64,000 nucleotides of DNA. It comes from Bacteroidales bacterium (GTDB taxonomy: Bacteria > Bacteroidota > Bacteroidia > Bacteroidales > UBA1402). Of this stretch, positions 1-8,410 are shown piece by piece; the first letter of the stretch is position 1, and each line of letters opens with the position of its first letter. The stretch lies in contig JAJFTH010000006.1 in the NCBI GenBank assembly GCA_021373135.1, forward strand, positions 388,119 through 452,118, read 5' to 3'. Under the pieces are notes generated by a model. That model searched no databases. It was not told the DNA's origin and saw only the letters and a program-made list of their open reading frames with translations. Both the position numbers and the translations under genes were made by a program.

Positions 1-1169
1 TTACGGAATATACAGATACAGTAAAACACTTGGAAGGCTTTTTTAAAGCAAAATATAATGGCAAAGTTCTCATTTGTGATGGTGGTATGACAGCAACTCT
101 TCATCATAAATTGAACGCTAATTTCAACGCTCAATTTAAAGGTGAACGAGATAATGATTACGACATACTGATTACAAGTGATAAGCTCTCAGAAGGCTTT
201 AATTTAAATCGTGCGGGTGTTATAATCAATTATGATATTCCGTGGAATCCAACAAGGGTAATTCAGCGTGTCGGGCGTATCAATCGTATTGGTTCAAAAG
301 TGTTCGATGAATTGTTTATTTACAACTTTTTTCCAAGTGAAGCTGGTTCAGGTGTAGTCCAGATTCGGGAAATTGCTATGCAGAAAATGTTTCTGATTCA
401 TAATGCTCTGGGTGAAGATTCCAAGATTTTTGACCCCAATGAAGAACCTACACCTGCTATGCTATTTAACAAGGTCAATGAAAATCCAGATATTGATGGA
501 GAGCAAAGCGTAGGAACACAGATAAGAAACAAGTATTTTGAGATTGAACAAACTCATCCAGAGATAATCAAGAAAATAGCTGATTTACCTACAAGGGTTA
601 AGTCAGGGAAACCATTTAGTCAAAATCAGGTTTGTGTTTTAAGGAGAAAAGGGTTGAGTTTATTTACTCATTTAATTTCAGATACGAATGCTGATAAACT
701 TGAAGTGAGCGAAATTACATTTGAGGAATTTTTGGACTTAGTTGAATGTGAATTTGATACACCCCAACTCATGCTTTCTTCAAAATTCTGGAAAGCATAT
801 AATGAAGTAAAAGATTTTAAAACAACAAGTAAGAAGGCCTTACCAGCAAAATCATTAGAAGCCAAAGCATTTGAAAATCTAAAATGTTCTTTAAAACTAT
901 TGAATCATACAGACGATAATCTTATTAATTTTATCAAGGTTCTTATTACTGATATTGATAAATACAAAACACTTTCAGATAGAACCCTAGGTCGTTTAGC
1001 CAGAAATCCATTGAACATTAAATCCCCCGAATCAGAAATAAAAACTTTTAAAGACGAAGTGCTTTGGATTAAAAACAGTTTGGGTGCCGATTACTTAGAT
1101 CGTATACTAAAACGAATTGAACATCAGAAAAATGAGGTGGTGATAGCTGTAGAGAATATGATAATATAG
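1..1169 (+). CDS. SNF2/superfamily-2 helicase-related protein, C-terminal part (5' end outside window)
   Basis: The frame is open from nt 3, with no stop before the listed TTG at 30. Helicase C-terminal motifs IV-VI are present: DILITSDKLSEGFNLNRAGVIINYDIPWNPTRVIQRVGRINRIGS (QRxGRxxR arginine finger). About 280 aa of unassigned C-terminal extension follows. Confidence 0.8.
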   Translation, partial: TEYTDTVKHLEGFFKAKYNGKVLICDGGMTATLHHKLNANFNAQFKGERDNDYDILITSDKLSEGFNLNRAGVIINYDIPWNPTRVIQRVGRINRIGSKVFDELFIYNFFPSEAGSGVVQIREIAMQKMFLIHNALGEDSKIFDPNEEPTPAMLFNKVNENPDIDGEQSVGTQIRNKYFEIEQTHPEIIKKIADLPTRVKSGKPFSQNQVCVLRRKGLSLFTHLISDTNADKLEVSEITFEEFLDLVECEFDTPQLMLSSKFWKAYNEVKDFKTTSKKALPAKSLEAKAFENLKCSLKLLNHTDDNLINFIKVLITDIDKYKTLSDRTLGRLARNPLNIKSPESEIKTFKDEVLWIKNSLGADYLDRILKRIEHQKNEVVIAVENMII

Positions 1170-1237
1170 AATGGAGATAAAATAGGGCTATCCCGATTTT
1201 GTGTAAAGGTTAGAGCAAGTCTTATGACTATTGTTAC

Positions 1238-1264
1238 AAAAAAAACGCAGCTTTACAACTGCGT
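1238..1264 (-). terminator. Rho-independent terminator closing the two-RT operon
   Basis: The minus strand reads ACGCAG-TTGTAAAG-CTGCGT followed by T8, about 100 nt downstream of the stop of the 730-aa RT gene. Confidence 0.7.
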
Positions 1265-1362
1265 TAAAATAATCTCGCTCAAGATTTTTTTTAAGGATTC
1301 TGCAAGCAGAATAAGAATAAACTTGTGTGTGAAGTCATTTCGAGCGGGTTTATTCTATATCT
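1238..1362 (-). ncRNA. Candidate DRT3-associated structured ncRNA (3' tail of the RT operon)
   Basis: The minus-strand RNA between the RT stop (1363) and the terminator has three structures. (1) A perfect 9-bp stem AGAATAAAC/GTTTATTCT (1348-1356 with 1314-1322) enclosing a 25-nt loop CCGCUCGAAAUGACUUCACACACAA. (2) A hairpin ATTCTG-CTTG-CAGAAT (1297-1312). (3) An A8 tract, then GAGCG (complementary to CGCUC in the first loop), then the terminator hairpin. There is no ORF. The assignment as a functional ncRNA is inference. Confidence 0.4.
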
Positions 1363-3555
1363 TTATGAGTACACCTCTTGGCATATTTTTGCATTTAATT
1401 CTTTTTCTAAATTAATCTTATCCCATTTTGTAAACCAATATTTCTGGTTCTTCTGAAAACCTATAATATCAGTTTGAATTGCATCATTAGGGATACCGTA
1501 CAAAGATAGTAGATTTTTCTTGTATACGCTTGCTATGTAAGGACATGTCAACAAATCAAACAGCAAAATTGTAAGTTCTGAACTTCTCCTTCGCTTCGTT
1601 TTATCTGTATTTTCTATCTTTAATGTTGTGTATGAAAGTATAGCTTCTTTAATACGTTGATATTGGCTATCATTGCCAACATAATAAAGTACTACTAATA
1701 TAGAAAAACAGTTTAAGTGATTCTTAAACATATATTCACCTGTTGTATTGTCTTTTGCACAATTAAAATATTCACAAAGTACAGGTTCGGAAAGTTGATA
1801 TTCATTTCCAAGTTCTTTCAAAACAATCAATAGATACAACGTTTCTACTTGCACATGTTCAACACATTTATTCTTTTCTAAAATTAATCGAATTTCATCT
1901 TGAATCTTTTTCAAGACTAAATCACGATTAACACTTTGGAATCTCAAAGCCTTTGACTTCTTAAAATTATAAATTCCTTTATAATAGTTGATTATAGTCG
2001 TGAGTATTACCGTCAATTTAATAGTAGAATTTACTTTGGGGTAAACCGTATAAAGAAAGAAGACGAAATCTAAAATATTGAGAATAAACGTTGTTAGTCG
2101 TTTTTCTAAGTTGTATTTTTTTCGACATTCTTTTTCATCGAATTTCCCTTCTTTTTCCAACTCAGCGTATTGCTTATACTTCAAATCAAACTTCTTGAAA
2201 ATGTTCTCTATCTTTCTTGAGATAACGACCAATGTGTAATTTAGCACATCTTTGTATTCAACGTTTGTTTCTTTGAGAATAGTTTTGAATTTTGCTGATA
2301 GTTTATTAGGATTAAAGTAAATCGTAAATTTATCAGCAATTTTTTCGAATGGGGTATCATCTTCGCAACCTTCTTCTAATTCTTCATCTTCTTTTTCTGC
2401 TTCATCTATCCTAAATTTTATATTATCATCGAGTAGATCAACTATTTTTAGCTTCGCCATAGTTAACTCGGTAATAATAGGTTTGCTATATGATTTAGTC
2501 TTTGATTCGCTAATCCACATTTTAAACTCACGAAGTTCCAGTTTAAAAGATTTTAGAATTTCATCTTTTACATTATCACCATTATAAAATAAGAAATAGT
2601 CGTCAACGTAACGATAACACTCATAATCTCTTCTAAGTACAAGCCCCTGTCTAAAAAGATGATCCTCAACGTTCTTATCTACCTGCTGCAGTATTAGTTC
2701 TGCGAATATTCTTGAAAATTCGGGTCCAATCAAAATACCATTAGTTTCTCCATAGTTTATATTCTGCATGAACTCATCAAATTTTCCAGCAAAAGTATTT
2801 TCAGACAATGTGAGGTTATCTTTTATTATTTCTTTATTCAATAAGGCCCAGGGAAGAGAATGCGTATAGATACTATCGAAACATTTGGATATATCAAAAC
2901 GTATTAATTTGTCATATTTCTTTTCGGCTCTTTGGTAACGGTAGTCTTCATAAAAGCGGAAAATATTTGTATATTTCTTATAGGTAAAAAAAGTTTTTAA
3001 GTGCTCATATTCATTAATATTAACCTCTATGCTATCATCCTTTAATCCTGATTTTTGCTTGTGTAACTTGTCATTATAGAATATGTATTTTGCTACCTCT
3101 GATGGTCGTCTAATTGAAAAACTACTAATATTGCAATAATACAATATCAATTCTTTATACTTTTCATAAAATTCTATAATGTCAATTTGGTTTTTAGGAT
3201 GAATAACTGCTAATTCACGAAATTCTTTCTCTTTATGGGTAATCTTATAAACAAATGGTATTCTACGTTGATTCCTATTCAAATCAAAACTGTTATTTTG
3301 AATAGGTTCATTTGGTTTACATCCGAAAAGGAGCTTGATTATGTGAAGTAAAGTGTCTTTTTTCTTTTCTGTCAACCCTTTTTTATTAGAATTCCAATAA
3401 ATTTTATTATCTCGAATCTCTACCCCATAGGTAACTAAGAACCGATAAAAATAACGATTTGAAAAAATAATAGGAATTTCAAACGGCAGGACATCGGATA
3501 GAACAACTCTTTCCTTCTTGTATTTTAATCGTATTTTTCTTTTATATCGTTTCAT
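1363..3555 (-). CDS. drt3b: Reverse transcriptase, UG/Abi defence-associated class; the larger partner of a two-RT module (UG8/Drt3b-like)
   Basis: 730 aa. RT motif A is LIRFDISKCFDSIYTH, the motif B region is NGILIGPEFSRIFAELIL, and catalytic motif C is YRYVDDYFLFY. A helical C-terminal extension of about 330 aa follows. The start overlaps the stop of the upstream RT by 14 nt. The symbol is assigned from architecture (two adjacent dissimilar RTs) and relative size, not from a sequence search. Confidence 0.65.
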   Translation of the reverse strand: MKRYKRKIRLKYKKERVVLSDVLPFEIPIIFSNRYFYRFLVTYGVEIRDNKIYWNSNKKGLTEKKKDTLLHIIKLLFGCKPNEPIQNNSFDLNRNQRRIPFVYKITHKEKEFRELAVIHPKNQIDIIEFYEKYKELILYYCNISSFSIRRPSEVAKYIFYNDKLHKQKSGLKDDSIEVNINEYEHLKTFFTYKKYTNIFRFYEDYRYQRAEKKYDKLIRFDISKCFDSIYTHSLPWALLNKEIIKDNLTLSENTFAGKFDEFMQNINYGETNGILIGPEFSRIFAELILQQVDKNVEDHLFRQGLVLRRDYECYRYVDDYFLFYNGDNVKDEILKSFKLELREFKMWISESKTKSYSKPIITELTMAKLKIVDLLDDNIKFRIDEAEKEDEELEEGCEDDTPFEKIADKFTIYFNPNKLSAKFKTILKETNVEYKDVLNYTLVVISRKIENIFKKFDLKYKQYAELEKEGKFDEKECRKKYNLEKRLTTFILNILDFVFFLYTVYPKVNSTIKLTVILTTIINYYKGIYNFKKSKALRFQSVNRDLVLKKIQDEIRLILEKNKCVEHVQVETLYLLIVLKELGNEYQLSEPVLCEYFNCAKDNTTGEYMFKNHLNCFSILVVLYYVGNDSQYQRIKEAILSYTTLKIENTDKTKRRRSSELTILLFDLLTCPYIASVYKKNLLSLYGIPNDAIQTDIIGFQKNQKYWFTKWDKINLEKELNAKICQEVYS

Positions 3556-4996
3556 CTGTCCAAATTCTTTTTAAAATATTCATCTCTTTAATTTTGAATT
3601 TATGGAACCTCTTATCTTCAAAGCCTTTTTGAAATGAAAAACTTTGTTTAATTTGACTTTTTAGTTTTTCAATATTAATGGGTAATTCTGAATAAGGTAC
3701 TAAGTTACTATGTACCATTTTTGTTAAGAAATCATCTAAAGATTTCAAGTCTTTCAGACCATTTTTTTCTTTATCAAGCAAGCTGTTTGAGAAATAAACG
3801 CCAATCTTAACGCCTTTTTTACTATTTATTAGATTCGTATTACCTGTAAGCATTCTTAAACAATCAAATAATATTTTTCGTGCCTTACGTTCGTCATACT
3901 TACTTTCATTATTATATGTGTCAAATGATAATTTTATACGTGATTTATACTTGTCAATCTTGTTCTCTGATAAATTTACAGATAGCCGATAATCAATAAA
4001 ATCCTCTTTTGCTTTAATCCCCAATGTATTAAACCTATATCCAAGATAGTTTATACTACTATTAAAACCATCAACCTTGTTAAGCATATCTACTAATTGT
4101 GTCTTAGGATCTGTCACAGGTTTTAATTCCAACCTCGCACTTGTTATAATTTTATTGACTTCCTCAAAATAGTTTGTACTGCTACTTTTTGTGTTCGGTG
4201 TAATGATGATAAATATGTCGTCAACATAACGGGCATAAAAGGTAACATGTTCAAGAGATTTGATTTTACTATCAATATCACGCATATAAAGCTCTACAAG
4301 ATATGCGCTTATTCCGATGCCTCTTGGTACTCCTTTTTTTACTTCAAATTCTCTTAGGTTTTTTTTTGCCTCATATTCTTCAATAATTTCTGCAATGAAT
4401 TTCTTTGACTGATAATTCAGTAATGTATTTTGTTCTACCTTCTCCAAAAGTTCTACTTGAGGAATGCTCTCATAGAAACTTTTAATATCAGTCCTGATTA
4501 TGTATTTTGGGAAATTATCGCTTAACAATAGTTTGATCTGCTTTAGAATGCTGTACCTGTCTGCTTGTTTTACTTTAAAAGTTTTTCTGATATTGTATTG
4601 TAGTTGTTTAATGGCATAAAACACTTCCAAACTATCCCCCAATTGATATACGGGCTTCCCTTTACGTTCTTCAATGTTTATAGTAAATCTAAAACTATCA
4701 TTATTTACATTTGTACTAATTCTCTTAACCTGATCATACAGAATGTCATCCTTCTTTTTCTTGCACTCTTTTATTTTGCAATTATTTTCATCCTTAATTG
4801 ATTGATACTCTTCCTTTGTAATTATACCATCTTTTCGCTCTCTTGATTTCTCATTAATCTCAGCCTTTAAAGATTTAATGTCCTTTATCAAATCAATATA
4901 CTTTGCAGGGAACATCTCTTTTTTGAGATTTCCCTTACGGTTCTCAATTTGAAAAATGTTCCGAAAATTCTCAGCAGAAAACGATTGATCAAGCAT
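3542..4996 (-). CDS. drt3a: Reverse transcriptase, UG/Abi defence-associated class; the smaller partner of a two-RT module (UG3/Drt3a-like)
   Basis: 484 aa. RT motif A is IIRTDIKSFYESIP, motif B is GVPRGIGISAYLVELYM, catalytic motif C is YARYVDDIFII and the motif E region is INYLGYRF. It is the first gene of the pair. The symbol is assigned from architecture, not from a search. Confidence 0.65.
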   Translation of the reverse strand: MLDQSFSAENFRNIFQIENRKGNLKKEMFPAKYIDLIKDIKSLKAEINEKSRERKDGIITKEEYQSIKDENNCKIKECKKKKDDILYDQVKRISTNVNNDSFRFTINIEERKGKPVYQLGDSLEVFYAIKQLQYNIRKTFKVKQADRYSILKQIKLLLSDNFPKYIIRTDIKSFYESIPQVELLEKVEQNTLLNYQSKKFIAEIIEEYEAKKNLREFEVKKGVPRGIGISAYLVELYMRDIDSKIKSLEHVTFYARYVDDIFIIITPNTKSSSTNYFEEVNKIITSARLELKPVTDPKTQLVDMLNKVDGFNSSINYLGYRFNTLGIKAKEDFIDYRLSVNLSENKIDKYKSRIKLSFDTYNNESKYDERKARKILFDCLRMLTGNTNLINSKKGVKIGVYFSNSLLDKEKNGLKDLKSLDDFLTKMVHSNLVPYSELPINIEKLKSQIKQSFSFQKGFEDKRFHKFKIKEMNILKRIWTDETI

Positions 4997-5806
4997 TATA
5001 GTTATTAGTTTTTTCGTTTAAACAAACAACTCTCTTACATCAACTTTTAGAGTTTTAGCTATTGTAAGAAAGTCTTGAATGAAGGTTGTGATTCATTTGT
5101 ACACCAATGAGAAATTGTTGCTTAATTTTTAAGGTTATCAGCTAGTCATTTTCCTGTACACTTTGCTCAGCTTAATTGATTCAGCTCCGTTTGTCAATTT
5201 ATTGATGTGCTTTGCAAATGTATTGATTTGCTTTCTATTTATAATAAATTACTAACAATTATGTTTTCAAGATATTCGAAAATATTAATAGTCTATACAA
5301 AATTTATCGTAATATTTTCACGTTTTTATCTATAAAACATCTCCTATGAAAAGAATTAATAATGCAATACATTCTTGAAATTGACTTTTCTCGGAACATA
5401 AAGGATGAAATTAAAAAGTAATTAGTGCAACTTGATGTCTTGAGATATATAAATCACTATAATCATTTAGGTAATACTGCTTCAATGCAAAGTAAGTCAG
5501 GTGTCTCAAAGTGGCTTTTTTCCCATTATTTTGATACATTTTTATATTGACACTAAATACTGGCAAAGCCAAGGTTTTGAGTAAATGATTAACACTTGAT
5601 CGGATTTTTCCCATCATTGAAAATTTTTCCTACAATTCAAACACCGAACCGTATTACACGGGATCTCTGTCCAGGAATGATCTCCAGTGATTTTCTGTAA
5701 ACGACTATTCATAGTACTTACGTGAGTTTTGTTGAGATAAAAGACTTGTTTGCAACTCCATATCCTGGACGTGCAGCTTTTCCGTCCAGAAGTGACGATC
5801 CTTAAC

Positions 5807-5846
5807 CAAAGATAAGGGGGCCAAATACACCGTACTCAGCCCCCCC
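5807..5846 (-). terminator. Probable terminator of the primase-helicase gene
   Basis: The minus strand just after the stop at 5872 reads GGGGGGGC-(17-nt loop)-GGCCCCC followed by TTATCTTTGG. The G:C stem pairs 5816-5820 with the C-run at 5840-5846. The U-tract is imperfect. Confidence 0.4.
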
Positions 5847-5871
5847 AACTATAAGTAATTTATTAGCCCCT

Positions 5872-8073
5872 TCAAAAATCTTCATCTTCGAGATGAGCTT
5901 TTCGAAAACTTTTATCATTGAGATCCCAAGATACTGCATCTGATGGTAGGTGCTTGATTATCTCAGAATTCGAGCCTATACAATAACAGGTTGATTTCTT
6001 CTTCCCGATTCGTACTCTATCAATTTTCAATTCAACCATCAGATTTCCAATTGATTTTGAATTGATCATCTTAGATAGTCTCCCGTATTTCTCGTTAAGA
6101 GTCTGAAGTAGATCTAAGCTGGTGATATTGAAAACGTCCTTTCCGTTCCTTGGTGCTTCGATATATTCATCAAAGATCAGATCCAAATCGGATACCTGAC
6201 GGTAATCTACAAACAACTCCTTTAGCATTTTATCGTCTGTATATTCATAAGAGTATTTGAAACCATTCTTGTACAGTCGATATGCTTCCATGAATAGTTC
6301 ATCAAGCTTTAACATGTCCAGGCTATTATAGTGGATTTTGCCTACCTCAATTGGTAGGATTCTTCGGTTCTGCTTTTCTTTTACTACGAAAAGGTTGTTC
6401 CCAGACCCAGCAAAGGATGCTCTCCTTTTAATATTGCTGATTCTTCTATCATATTTACGTCTTGTCGTTAGCTCCTTTGTGGATAATAGATTTTTGAATG
6501 ACTTCTCTGCTTCATAGGTTCTACCATCCATCTCGTCATCAATGATTAACAAGCCTTGCCCCATGATCACCTTGAAATCATCGTCAAACGTTAGTTCATG
6601 CTCCATTATGTACTGATGAAGGTCTACAGGTAGCACAAATTTTCTAAGCAATGTTGACTTCCCTATCCCCTGCTGGTTACTAAGGATTGAAAGGAAAAAC
6701 TCATTTGGATATTCACCGTCAAGAGCCTGAGCTATCATTCCAACGTACCACTTCCTAAAAAAATGAACCACTGTCGCTTTATTGACGCTATCGTTCTTCA
6801 GATCCATACAGTTGACCCATTGTTCGAAATTACCCTCCGAAACGCAGTTTTCATGCTTTTCGATGAAATCCAGTATGGGATTGAATTGTGTAATATAAGT
6901 TGACTTGATAACTTCCTCAAAACTCGATCTTGGAATAATCTTGCCGTAGTGCTTTTTCAGGTCTATGGATAATGTATTGTATTCCAGTTCTGTTATTATT
7001 TTGCCATTCAATGTAAGATCTTGAAGAAAGGTGTCATATCGAACCCCTCTTCCATTTAGGTATTCAGCAATTTGATCTTCCGATACTCTATCAGCCTTTC
7101 CCTGTCCTGTAGAAGATGTATTCTCCAATGGAAATCCGAGCTCTTCCAATTTTGTTAGGTACTTACGTTTGTCTTCTTCTTTTTCCAATACCTGTAGCAC
7201 CTGATAATGATTGTATGGCTTTGAAGGTTCAAAGTCGGTGGAAGAGCTGAAGCATATGAATGTTTTTGTGTCTTTATAGTAATAACCTGAGTGGGTACCA
7301 GTAGAATTCGGACGATTGAGATATACCTTTTCATCATCTTCTTTGGCAATTTCCCAGCCATTTTTCTCAAACAGCTCCAAAATATTGAATTCATCGTTGA
7401 ACCTGTTTATGGCGCTTTCCTTGTAACTACCAAAGGTCTTATTGTTTACTTTTCGGTTTAAAGACCTAGCTACAGTCAGCAGTTGGTCACGTTCTGATTC
7501 CGTAATGACGGGAATCTCGTAAACCAACTTTTCCATATCAAAGGTTCCATTTTTTACCAGATAGTGAGACTTCTGGTGGCAAAAGTAACCTCCCTCACCA
7601 CGGGTTTCGATGATTACTTCACCATCCGTGTTGTGTGCCAGCTTTTGATTCCCGTCAACTCCATCAGAACATCTATATATTAGGTGAAAACCTCCATTGA
7701 CAGTTGTCTGACAAACAAGTCTGCAAATCAAGTTTTCTGGTAAAAGCTTGACAAATTCATCAAATATTGTTTTCTCAGGATCATTTTTCAGATCAAAGTC
7801 CAGAACTTCAAGGTTTCCAGATACTTTTCCACAAATGATACCAATATACCCGCCACTGAGATAGTGATCATGCCATAATTCGATAGGGCTCTCTTCCTCT
7901 CTATACTGAACCCACTTGTCATAGGGCTTTTTCTCTGTACTTGTTTTAATGATGGATAGACCAAATTTTTGTTCTTGGCTTACTGGGTACTGATTGCCAG
8001 TTGCCTCCATTGTCTTTACTGCTACTTCCTCATTTTCCATTTTCGTTAAGGTTAATACTCGTGTTATTTTCAT
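5872..8073 (-). CDS. Bifunctional prim-pol domain / P-loop (VirE/D5-like) helicase replication protein of a mobile element
   Basis: 733 aa. The N-terminal prim-pol-like region is GGYIGIICGKVSGNLEVLDFDLK ... GGFHLIYRC ... ETRGEGGYF. The C-terminal NTPase has Walker A (SNQQGIGKSTLLRKF) and Walker B (GLLIIDDEMDG). The true start may be the ATG at 8040 (MENEEV) or 8010. Confidence 0.75.
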   Translation of the reverse strand: MKITRVLTLTKMENEEVAVKTMEATGNQYPVSQEQKFGLSIIKTSTEKKPYDKWVQYREEESPIELWHDHYLSGGYIGIICGKVSGNLEVLDFDLKNDPEKTIFDEFVKLLPENLICRLVCQTTVNGGFHLIYRCSDGVDGNQKLAHNTDGEVIIETRGEGGYFCHQKSHYLVKNGTFDMEKLVYEIPVITESERDQLLTVARSLNRKVNNKTFGSYKESAINRFNDEFNILELFEKNGWEIAKEDDEKVYLNRPNSTGTHSGYYYKDTKTFICFSSSTDFEPSKPYNHYQVLQVLEKEEDKRKYLTKLEELGFPLENTSSTGQGKADRVSEDQIAEYLNGRGVRYDTFLQDLTLNGKIITELEYNTLSIDLKKHYGKIIPRSSFEEVIKSTYITQFNPILDFIEKHENCVSEGNFEQWVNCMDLKNDSVNKATVVHFFRKWYVGMIAQALDGEYPNEFFLSILSNQQGIGKSTLLRKFVLPVDLHQYIMEHELTFDDDFKVIMGQGLLIIDDEMDGRTYEAEKSFKNLLSTKELTTRRKYDRRISNIKRRASFAGSGNNLFVVKEKQNRRILPIEVGKIHYNSLDMLKLDELFMEAYRLYKNGFKYSYEYTDDKMLKELFVDYRQVSDLDLIFDEYIEAPRNGKDVFNITSLDLLQTLNEKYGRLSKMINSKSIGNLMVELKIDRVRIGKKKSTCYCIGSNSEIIKHLPSDAVSWDLNDKSFRKAHLEDEDF

Positions 8074-8209
8074 TTGTCATCAAGGTCACGTAAAGCAACT
8101 GCTTGATAAATGCAGCCTTAGGTAAATAGCTTTCCTTGGCTTTCTTCCCAATTTTCTCCATTAGATCAGAGTCTAAATAAAGATTGATCCTTTTTTGATT
8201 CGTTTTCAT
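8030..8209 (-). CDS. Ribbon-helix-helix (CopG/Arc-like) small DNA-binding protein, 59 codons, not in the supplied ORF track
   Basis: My hand translation from the ATG at 8209 gives MKTNQKRINLYLDSDLMEKIGKKAKESYLPKAAFIKQLLYVTLMTNENNTSINLNENGK with a stop at 8030-8032. KRINLYLDSDL (beta strand) plus two short helices is the RHH pattern. The 3' end overlaps the primase start region, with ATG 8040 embedded in ...GAAAATGGAAAATGA. Confidence 0.55.
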   Translation of the reverse strand: MKTNQKRINLYLDSDLMEKIGKKAKESYLPKAAFIKQLLYVTLMTNENNTSINLNENGK

Positions 8210-8410
8210 TCTACTTTAATTTTATTTATTATTTATGTTCCCACATCTCTGTGGACTTCGACTATATATATTGTATTATAGTCTAGATTTTTATGTTTTA
8301 AACACTTAATGGAAATTTATTGTGCCATTCTAGCAATAAATATTACGATAAATGTTTTTTTATCTCAATTCGTGATATTTTTTTTCAATCAACCATCGTT
8401 TTTTTTCGAA

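Noticed and set aside
1363-4996. Could the two RTs be retron RTs, group II intron maturases or a diversity-generating retroelement?
   Set aside because: There is no msr/msd-like flanking inverted repeat pair with a conserved branching G context upstream. There are no intron RNA domains, no maturase X or En domains, and no template/variable repeat pair with an accessory Avd gene. Two dissimilar RTs in one operon fit none of these classes. The UG/Abi DRT3 architecture fits better.
5411-5617. A 68-aa ORF on the RT strand in the spacer upstream of the first RT.
   Set aside because: It has no recognisable motif and lies in very AT-rich DNA where such ORFs arise by chance. It has no coupling to neighbours. 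It is not called as a gene, but it lies within the region flagged as a possible leader.
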